Made by a program: the position numbers and the translations under genes
The notes under the pieces: generated by a model
What the model saw: only the letters and a program-made list of their open reading frames with translations
Database searches by the model: none
What the model was told of the DNA's origin: nothing
Shown: in pieces, positions 47,962-55,136 of the stretch
Numbering within the stretch: the first letter of the stretch is position 1
How the letters are laid out: each line of letters starts with the position of its first letter
Source: an uncultured Gammaproteobacteria bacterium
Lineage (GTDB): Bacteria; Patescibacteriota; Patescibacteriia; VMEV01; CAYQCH01
Length of the DNA stretch: 64,000 nt
NCBI GenBank assembly: GCA_964503955.1
Contig: CAZDCG010000004.1
Coordinates: forward strand, 16,181 to 80,180
Direction: 5' to 3'

Positions 47962-48411
47962 ATGTACAAAGCAGTCATTTTCGATTTCCTTGGAACGCTT
48001 TTCTTTGAAACTTCCTCGCTTGCTCCCGGCGCGGAGGATCTTTTACAATTCTGCAGGGAAAAAGGCTTAATGCTGGCCGCGGTTACAGCCGGGCAGTATG
48101 ATACAACCGAACTCAGCCGCCTTAAGCTTGATCAATATATTCCTCTGATCCGCATGGTTCAGACCTATGAAAGCAAGACACCAGAACTCTTTTCTGAGGT
48201 AATCAGCCAGCTTGGCGTAGAACCTAAGGAAGTGATCGGTGTGGGAGATTTGCTCCATAGAGAAATCAAATCGCTGAATCAGCTTGGAGCAACAACCATC
48301 AGCGTACACACGGAGCGGGCAGCAAGGGATGGATATGAGGAACCGCATTATAGGGCGAGGGATTTGTATGCTGTGAAGAAAATCATCCATTCTTTAATGT
48401 CTGAAAACTGA
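47962..48411 (+). CDS. HAD-like hydrolase (short), inserted between the SucC-like and SucD-like genes
   Basis: MYKAVIFDFLGTLF motif I; 149 aa. Confidence 0.55.
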   Translation: MYKAVIFDFLGTLFFETSSLAPGAEDLLQFCREKGLMLAAVTAGQYDTTELSRLKLDQYIPLIRMVQTYESKTPELFSEVISQLGVEPKEVIGVGDLLHREIKSLNQLGATTISVHTERAARDGYEEPHYRARDLYAVKKIIHSLMSEN

Positions 48412-48503
48412 ATCCTGATTTCTCGCTCTGGATTTGAGCCGCTTCAGAATCAGAAACGCAGGTCCAGTATTCAGAGATCAGATCTATCTTGATCAGACTA
48501 TAT

Positions 48504-49427
48504 ATGTCCATCTTCATCAATCAAGAAACACAATTCATTATCCAAGGCATCACCGGCAAGGAAGGACAACGCGCTGCTGCCTTCATGCAGGCGGCCGGAT
48601 CGCATGTGGTCGGCGGAGTGCGTCCCGGCAAAGCGGGAGAGGTGGTGGAGGGCGTGCCAGTTTTTGATACGGTGCGGGATGCTGTGGATGCATCAGGCAC
48701 GCCAAACCTTACGGCCGCGGATTTACCCTATGCGTTAGCGTCTGTTATTGTCGTGCCGCCGGCCGTGGTCAAGGCCGCCGTGGAGGAAGCGATTCTTGCG
48801 GGTGTGAAATTTGTTATCCCAATCGCGGAAGGGGTACCGGTCAGAGATATGTCGTATCTTTATGAGCTTGCTCAGCAGCACGATGCGCGTATTTTAGGAC
48901 CGAATACCGTTGGCATGATTATTCCGGGAATGTGCAAAGCAGGAGTGATCGGCGGAGCGGATAACCGCGCTTTTATGCCCGGCCCTGTCGGCATCATTTC
49001 AAAAAGCGGAGGCATGACCAGCGAAACGGCCCGGCTGCTCACGGCTGCCGGGTTCGGGCAATCAGCCTGCGTGAACATCGGCGGAGATAAGCTCATTGGT
49101 ACCGATTTCGTTGATTGTTTAAGAGCATTTGCGGATGATGAACAGACAAAGGTTGTGGTTCTGTTTGGAGAGATTGGAGGGCGCTATGAAGAAGAGGCAG
49201 CGCGGTTTATCAAAGAATCAAACTATGCAAAACCGGTGATTGCGTTTATTTCAGGAGCGTCGGCCGAGCGTTTTAAAGGGATGACATTAGGGCATGCCGG
49301 CGCGATCATTCATGGACAGCAGGGGACAAGGACCAGCAAGGTCCGCGCTTTGCAGGATGCGGGCGTGATGGTTGTTGACGTGCATCATGAGATCCTGGGG
49401 GAGGTGCGAAAAGCTCTGGATCTCTAA
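48504..49427 (+). CDS. Succinyl-CoA synthetase alpha-subunit-like CoA-binding protein (SucD/citryl-CoA synthetase small-subunit-like)
   Basis: IQGITGKEGQ...VGGVRPGKAG...VPVFDTVRDAV and the phospho-His loop region GHAGAII. Confidence 0.8.
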   Translation: MSIFINQETQFIIQGITGKEGQRAAAFMQAAGSHVVGGVRPGKAGEVVEGVPVFDTVRDAVDASGTPNLTAADLPYALASVIVVPPAVVKAAVEEAILAGVKFVIPIAEGVPVRDMSYLYELAQQHDARILGPNTVGMIIPGMCKAGVIGGADNRAFMPGPVGIISKSGGMTSETARLLTAAGFGQSACVNIGGDKLIGTDFVDCLRAFADDEQTKVVVLFGEIGGRYEEEAARFIKESNYAKPVIAFISGASAERFKGMTLGHAGAIIHGQQGTRTSKVRALQDAGVMVVDVHHEILGEVRKALDL

Positions 49428-49496
49428 ACTCTGGAGATCTAGAATCTGGATCTCTAGATCAAAGAGATCAAGAGTAACTGAAAACACCAGGTCCCC

Positions 49497-49904
49497 CTAG
49501 GCCTGGTGCTCTTTGTCTTCACGCAGCAGGGCGCAAAGATGCATAAGAAATTGTCCCTCCAAATCCGTGTGGAGTTCGCCGAACGAATGCTGTGCGAAAC
49601 GCATTGAATAGTAGAGCGTTTCAGCCCGAGCCCCTTTCAGAAGCTCGATGAGCTCGTGGCGGTCGCGCCGCTTCCAAATGAGTCTTGCAAATTGCAGGAT
49701 CTCGTCCACGACGCCGGCGGGGTACGGATTGCCGATAACGAAGTTGACCCAGAATCTGAGAAACCGCTTCTGCCGCTCGTATGGCAGGATTCTAAGCAGG
49801 GCAATGCTGGTATCAATGAGACGGATCAGATTATGCCGGTCTCGGCATTGCCACATGTCCACAAGGACCCGATACGATTGCTTCTCCTTGTCGCAACTTG
49901 ACAC
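49497..49904 (-). CDS. Hypothetical protein with an internal repeat (CRDRHNLIRLID / RRDRHELIELLKG), opposite strand inside the CoA-ligase cluster
   Basis: SD AAGGAGGGGG upstream of a GTG; about 55 % GC; no known domain. Confidence 0.4.
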   Translation of the reverse strand: MSSCDKEKQSYRVLVDMWQCRDRHNLIRLIDTSIALLRILPYERQKRFLRFWVNFVIGNPYPAGVVDEILQFARLIWKRRDRHELIELLKGARAETLYYSMRFAQHSFGELHTDLEGQFLMHLCALLREDKEHQA

Positions 49905-49974
49905 GCCCCCTCCTTGGTGGAAAGCTTGATGAGATAAACCTATTGTTCACAAAGCTATACGATTTGTCAAAACT

Positions 49975-50646
49975 ATGGAACAACCAACCATTCGTGAAAA
50001 GCTGATCGAGGACATCCTCTCTGAAATGAGCTTTGCGCAAGCCCTTTATTTCACCTGGACCGGCCGAAAGCCAAATACGGCACAGAACGAGCTTCTGGAA
50101 GCGATCTTTATTGTATTGCTTGATCATGGCTCGGAGGCGCTTTCCACAAAAACAGCCCGCCTGGCCGCCTCCGGAGGGGCAGCATTTCACGCAGCACTTG
50201 CGGCCGGTCTGATAGCGGCGGGCAAGCATCATGGTTCAATTCCTTTGCAAGAGGCAATGCGGCTTTTTCAAACAGCGGTCAGAGAAAAAACACCGGCGGA
50301 TCAACTGGTTGCAGACGTTTTGTCGGCAGGCAAGCGGTTCCCGGGCTATGGGCATCGAGTGTATGAAACCGATCCTCGCACCATGCTTTTATTAAAGAAA
50401 GCAGAAGCACTGGGCATGTGGGATAACCATGTTGAATTTGCGTTGTCCGTGGAACAGGAACTTGAAAAGCAAAAAGGCAAAAAACTTTGTTTAAATGTCG
50501 ACGGCATGGTTGGAGCATTGCTCCCAGGTCTTGGGCTGTCTGCAGAGATTGCGCCTGCTGTCTTTTTGGTCGCTCGTTCTATTGGCATGGCCATGCATAT
50601 CGCCAATGAGCAAAAAGAAAAGCCCGCGTCTTTGCGCGAAGCCTGA
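49975..50646 (+). CDS. Short citrate-synthase-fold protein resembling citryl-CoA lyase (Ccl) or the C-terminal domain of ATP-citrate lyase
   Basis: GYGHRVYETDPR citrate-synthase signature and C-terminal LNVDGMVGALLPGLGL...ARSIGMAMHIANE helices; only 223 aa. Confidence 0.65.
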   Translation: MEQPTIREKLIEDILSEMSFAQALYFTWTGRKPNTAQNELLEAIFIVLLDHGSEALSTKTARLAASGGAAFHAALAAGLIAAGKHHGSIPLQEAMRLFQTAVREKTPADQLVADVLSAGKRFPGYGHRVYETDPRTMLLLKKAEALGMWDNHVEFALSVEQELEKQKGKKLCLNVDGMVGALLPGLGLSAEIAPAVFLVARSIGMAMHIANEQKEKPASLREA

Positions 50647-50677
50647 AAGGTAACCGTAAAGGGCAAGCCTCCGGTCT

Positions 50678-50899
50678 CTAGGAGATCGAAGGCCTTATCT
50701 GCCCGCGTATGCGTCTTGACGGTTTCTTCGAGGCTTTGTCATGTTCCGATGAAACGTTCTCTTTGACAAGACCGGTCATGGCCTGGATCAGAGCAACGAA
50801 TATCAGAACGATGATCTTGATGATCATGAAGACAATAGCCAGAACGATAACAACGCACAGCAGCAGATACTGGATGGCCGTACCGATATGGCCGGACAT
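50678..50899 (-). CDS. Small (73 aa) two-TM protein with a highly basic C-terminus (holin-like topology), hypothetical
   Basis: Perfect SD AAGGAGGG-4-ATG; TM1 AIQYLLLCVVIVLAIVF, TM2 IIVLIFVALIQAM. Confidence 0.5.
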   Translation of the reverse strand: MSGHIGTAIQYLLLCVVIVLAIVFMIIKIIVLIFVALIQAMTGLVKENVSSEHDKASKKPSRRIRGQIRPSIS

Positions 50900-51003
50900 G
50901 CCGCCCTCCTTTCTGCCGGCATTATCACAAGAATATCCTGAATTGGCAAATGCAATTTCGGCCTAAAAAGAAGCGAGCCCAGTCGCACTATGCGACCGGG
51001 CTC

Positions 51004-51222
51004 TCAACGAATCTCCCCCAAACGGACAACCGCTCCGATGACGTAGAACACCCCCGCGGGACAGGACATCATCAGGATCGATTGCACCGGGGCATTGCGG
51101 AAGTCCGCCAGCATCCAAGCGAAAAACCCGAAGGCGCTTGAAATGACCAGCCGCAGTCCCACCTCGACCCAGTCGATCCCATCGTCGCCGGTATCCTCGT
51201 CTGCCGTCTGCTCGTTTTGCAT
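51004..51222 (-). CDS. Small (72 aa) membrane protein with an acidic N-terminus, hypothetical
   Basis: SD AAGGAGGGAGC-ATG; two hydrophobic segments. Confidence 0.5.
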   Translation of the reverse strand: MQNEQTADEDTGDDGIDWVEVGLRLVISSAFGFFAWMLADFRNAPVQSILMMSCPAGVFYVIGAVVRLGEIR

Positions 51223-51319
51223 GCTCCCTCCTTGCTGGGCTCAGCTTGCCTTATGAGCAGGGGATATGTCAAACAACTGGATTTGCGGCAACTTCATTCT
51301 TTGCTTATGATAGAAACAT

Positions 51320-51874
51320 ATGTATGAAATTTCTTCTTTGATCGTGACATTTCTCAAAGAGCATCTCGGCCAGATTGCCGGCATCATCTTACTTTTTCTG
51401 TTCGGCAAACTGCTTCTGAAGAGGCTGGTGCGAAAGATCGCCAGGCTGATCGGCAATCATGGAAGTACTCCCACCAAACAAAAAAGAAAAGAGCAGCAGA
51501 TGCGCACATTCGCCCAGGTGGTGATCACCACGGGCAATGTGATGATTTACAGCGTGATCGTATTCATGATTCTTGATTTGTTCAATGTCAATCTCGGGCC
51601 TGTGTTAACCGGAGCAGGAATCATCGGCCTTGCGGTGGGTTTTGGTTCTCAAACATTGGTGAAAGACTTCGTTTCCGGGTTGTTTATTATCATGGAACAG
51701 CAATACGGTATTGGCGATGAAGTGAAAATCGGTGACGCGGAAGGCGAGGTGATAAAGATGACCATGCGTTCGACTGTGCTCAAAGACAAAGAAGGAAACC
51801 GCATTTTTTTAACGAATGGAACGATTACCAAGGTGATCAATCGTTCTCAGGGAATGGAAAAAGCCGGAAAATAA
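51320..51874 (+). CDS. Small-conductance mechanosensitive channel (MscS family, short form)
   Basis: TM3-like GAGIIGLAVGFGSQTLVKDFVSGLFIIMEQQYGIGDEV and beta-domain GEVIKMTMRSTVLKDKEGNRIFLTNGTI. Confidence 0.75.
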   Translation: MYEISSLIVTFLKEHLGQIAGIILLFLFGKLLLKRLVRKIARLIGNHGSTPTKQKRKEQQMRTFAQVVITTGNVMIYSVIVFMILDLFNVNLGPVLTGAGIIGLAVGFGSQTLVKDFVSGLFIIMEQQYGIGDEVKIGDAEGEVIKMTMRSTVLKDKEGNRIFLTNGTITKVINRSQGMEKAGK

Positions 51875-51957
51875 GGTTATCTCCGAAGATAGCTCAGCCA
51901 AGGTTGATTTTGTTCCTGTTCTGTGATCAAATATGACGTGGGCGGAAGGAGCTTACC

Positions 51958-52122
51958 ATGCTTGAGCTCATTGGCTTCACGGTTGCGGCAAGTGTCGCGC
52001 TGGGGGTTGTCTACGTCTATGACAAACCTCAGGAGACCAAGCGGCCTCCGTGGTGGCGGTCGGATGTCTGGCACCAGATGGAAAGCAAACGCAATCCATT
52101 CCATCCGAAGTATCCGCACTGA
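51958..52122 (+). CDS. Unannotated 54-aa single-TM small protein
   Basis: SD GGAAGGAG-6-ATG; TM LIGFTVAASVALGVVYVY; local GC about 58 %. Confidence 0.4.
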   Translation: MLELIGFTVAASVALGVVYVYDKPQETKRPPWWRSDVWHQMESKRNPFHPKYPH

Positions 52123-52370
52123 CAGGAGGTGCACACATGAGGAGGTTAGAAGAACCTCCATAGCGCATCGCTTCCCCGAGCAAGGGTAGTCGATGCGCTT
52201 CGCTTTCCAGGCAAGAATTGACGTGTTAGGATAGCCCCAAAAGGGGCATTTTTTGATGGGGACGAATCGCGAATCTGTACAAATGTACGGATAATCCAGT
52301 ATCTCCGTCTACATGTCTTGGCTAAATGAGATCATTGTGCCGAACAGGAGAAGGAATTGATCAGCAGTTT

Positions 52371-53063
52371 ATGAATGTAAACAACATTTTCCCTCATGCG
52401 TCTGAATCCACGAAAGAAGTGCTCGCAAATCTGCCCGCTCTTTCCTGGGCTGATATTTTCCAGCGCCACGCATCATTTAAACAAGAGGGGAAATGCCATT
52501 CCACAAGCATTATCTCTGACCGGGTTGGTATCGGCATGGGGACGGAAATCGGCCCTTTCGTGGTTATTGAAGACAATGTGCTTATCGGAAAAAATTGCGT
52601 TATTCGCGCCGGCGCGCTTATTCGTTCCAATACGATTATCGGCGATGATTGCGTGATTGGGCATGGCGCAGAGATCAAACACGCATTCATTTTTGATCAG
52701 GCAAAAATCCAGGGCAATGTTTTCGTGGGGGATTCCATTATCGGCAAAGGCGCGCGCCTTGGAACAGGCGTGGTGATCGGAAATCGCCGTTTTGATCAGC
52801 AGGAAATTTCCTGGCAAACCGAAGATGGTCTGGTGGCTTCCGGTTCAGACAAAGTCGGCGCATTGATCGGTGATTACGCGCGTTTGGGGGCCAATGTCAC
52901 CACGAATCCCGGAACGGTCATCGGGGCATTTACCTGGATCATAGGTGGACAGGCAATTGGAGGGTTCATTCCGGCCAGGACGTTCGTGAAAGGGAAGGGA
53001 GAGCTGGTGGAGAATCTTCATGCAAAAGAGCTATCGGCCGTTGACAAGAATGGACAATATTAA
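52371..53063 (+). CDS. Hexapeptide-repeat (left-handed beta-helix) acyltransferase resembling the GlmU C-terminal acetyltransferase domain
   Basis: Repeated [LIV]-G-x-x-x-x-[IV] hexads (IGKNCVIRAGALIRSNTIIGDDCVIGHGAEI...); the start is uncertain (52326 or 52371). Confidence 0.65.
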   Translation: MNVNNIFPHASESTKEVLANLPALSWADIFQRHASFKQEGKCHSTSIISDRVGIGMGTEIGPFVVIEDNVLIGKNCVIRAGALIRSNTIIGDDCVIGHGAEIKHAFIFDQAKIQGNVFVGDSIIGKGARLGTGVVIGNRRFDQQEISWQTEDGLVASGSDKVGALIGDYARLGANVTTNPGTVIGAFTWIIGGQAIGGFIPARTFVKGKGELVENLHAKELSAVDKNGQY

Positions 53064-53106
53064 ACACGTCCACGTGTTCGCACATACATCTGTAAACACC
53101 TTTACG

Positions 53107-54393
53107 ATGATTACCGACCTCCACATTCATTCTAAATATGCCCGTGCCTGCTCCAAACTTCTGGATCTGGAGCATATTTTTTTCTGGTGCCAAATCAAGG
53201 GCATTGATCTGGTTGCTTGCGGCGACTTTACGCATCCTGCCTGGTTTAAGGAAATCGAAAACAAGCTGGAGCCTGAAGGAAACGGTTTTTTTCAATTACG
53301 TTCAGAGGAGACAATCGCCGTGAGCCGGTCAATCGGCTTTGCGCCGCCCTCGCCTAAACCAGTTCGTTTCCTGCTTGGGACCGAGATATCCTCAATTTAT
53401 TCACAAGGAGGCAAAGCGCGCCGCATTCATCTGCTGATTCTGTTTCCTGAATTGGCGCACGTAAAGCGATTCAATCAGGAATTAATCAGGCGGGGTGCGA
53501 ATTTGCACGCAGACGGGCGTCCGATTCTTGGCCTGTCAGCCCAGGAAATTGCATCAATTTGCCTGGACATTTCAGATCGGGCTCTGCTTATCCCCGCGCA
53601 TGCCTGGACCCCCTGGTACGCGATATTCGGATCCAAATCCGGCTTTGATTCCGTTGAAGAATGCTTTGGCGAATACGCTCAATTCATTTATGCCTTTGAA
53701 ACCGGATTGTCTTCCGATCCAAAAATGAATTGGATGCTTTCTCAAAATGACCGCTATGCCGTTGTATCAAATTCCGATGCGCATAGCCTGGACAATTTAG
53801 GACGGGAAGCCAATGTTTTTTCGTTTCCTGAAATGACTTATGACCAACTTGTTTCCGCTATCAAGGACAAGGATCCCCAGCGGTTTTTATTTACGATCGA
53901 GTTTTACCCCGAAGAAGGGAAATACCACTTGGACGGGCATCGAATATGTGGCTTTTCCTGCATGCCCGAGGAAACAAAAAAACTCAATGGACGCTGTCCA
54001 AAATGCGGCAGGCTGCTGACGGTTGGCGTGCATCATCGCATCTCCGAATTGGCGGACCATCCATTCGGCCGCGAGCCCAAACAAAAGATTCCGTATAAAA
54101 GCATTGTTCCTTTGCAGGAAATGATTGCAGATATGCTTGCCGTGGGAAAGAAAACCAAGAAAGTTCAGCAGTTGTACCAAAAAGCGATCACCCGGCTCGG
54201 AAATGAATTTCACATTTTGCTTGAAAACGAGATGGAAGAGATTGCACAAGTTGATTCTTTGCTTGCCGAAGGTGTTCGTCGCATGAGATCAGGAGAAGTG
54301 CATATAAAACCGGGATATGACGGTGAATATGGAACGATGAAAATTTTTGATGAAAAAGAGCCTGCTCAAGAGAAGCAGGGGAGTTTGATTTGA
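53107..54393 (+). CDS. PHP-domain nuclease resembling endonuclease Q (EndoQ / TIGR00375 family) with a Cys4 zinc ribbon
   Basis: DLHIHSKYA, HLLILFP, PAHAWTPW, SNSDAHS PHP motifs, then C-x2-C...CPKCGRLLTVGVHHRI; the upstream in-frame extension overlaps the previous gene. Confidence 0.55.
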   Translation: MITDLHIHSKYARACSKLLDLEHIFFWCQIKGIDLVACGDFTHPAWFKEIENKLEPEGNGFFQLRSEETIAVSRSIGFAPPSPKPVRFLLGTEISSIYSQGGKARRIHLLILFPELAHVKRFNQELIRRGANLHADGRPILGLSAQEIASICLDISDRALLIPAHAWTPWYAIFGSKSGFDSVEECFGEYAQFIYAFETGLSSDPKMNWMLSQNDRYAVVSNSDAHSLDNLGREANVFSFPEMTYDQLVSAIKDKDPQRFLFTIEFYPEEGKYHLDGHRICGFSCMPEETKKLNGRCPKCGRLLTVGVHHRISELADHPFGREPKQKIPYKSIVPLQEMIADMLAVGKKTKKVQQLYQKAITRLGNEFHILLENEMEEIAQVDSLLAEGVRRMRSGEVHIKPGYDGEYGTMKIFDEKEPAQEKQGSLI

Positions 54394-54722
54394 GTCCGAA
54401 GAAGAAAAGCTCGCGAAACGCCCCCATGATGCAATATCTAAATTCTACGTCTACATCTATATCTAAGCCACAATTGGCAGTCAGATCGGCAGATCCAGAA
54501 GGAGATGTAGACAGTAGATGGTTATAAAACCGCCATATTTTGATGAAATGCGAGGAGATGACGAGAAACGCAAGTGAAGCGTACGTGAGTGTACGCTGAA
54601 TGCGTATCGGGGTCATTGACGAAGCAGATCGCGAAATATGGCGGTTTTACAATCAAAAAACCCCCACAAGCATGCAGGGATTTTTTGTATTTTTCCGACC
54701 GGAAAAAGGTCGTTAGAAGTGT

Positions 54723-54897
54723 TTACTTCTTGCGCTTCGCAGCTTTACGCTTTGCTGGCTTTTTAGCCGCTTTGCGCTTTGCTGGCTTACGCTTTGCAGC
54801 CTTACGCTTCGCTGGCTTCTTCGCCATCTTGCGCTTTGCTGGTTTACGCTTCGCAGCTTTTTTCTTTGGAGCTGCTTTTCGTTTCTTTGCTGGCATG
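54723..54897 (-). CDS. Histone H1/Hc1-like lysine-rich DNA-binding protein (58 aa; KAAKRKPAKRK repeats)
   Basis: Low-complexity K/A/P/R repeats; SD GGGAGGTGA-5-ATG; the longer ORF start is unlikely. Confidence 0.6.
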
Positions 54898-54922
54898 TAT
54901 ATCACCTCCCTTCTTTGTCGAG

Positions 54923-54968
54923 TGACAAGAACTTTTTCAAAAAATGTTTTTAAAGAAGTTCTTGTCAC
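54923..54968. promoter_or_regulatory. Perfect 13-bp inverted repeat GTGACAAGAACTT-N20-AAGTTCTTGTCAC in the divergent promoter region between the histone-like gene and polA; putative operator
   Basis: Exact reverse-complement arms; a third half-site-like copy, gagtgaca, lies 20 bp downstream. Confidence 0.45.
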
Positions 54969-55136
54969 GCTTTGTTTTTATTTTTCAACGAGTGACATAG
55001 ATATTATATGACGACTTCTTTGATCATACAACAAAAATTTGTCAAGGGAGTCAACAAAATATTGTGACAAAATTTGTTTGAGCGCCACGCAAGTTCCCTA
55101 TACGAAAAAAGAATAATCGGCTATGATGAGCGCGTT

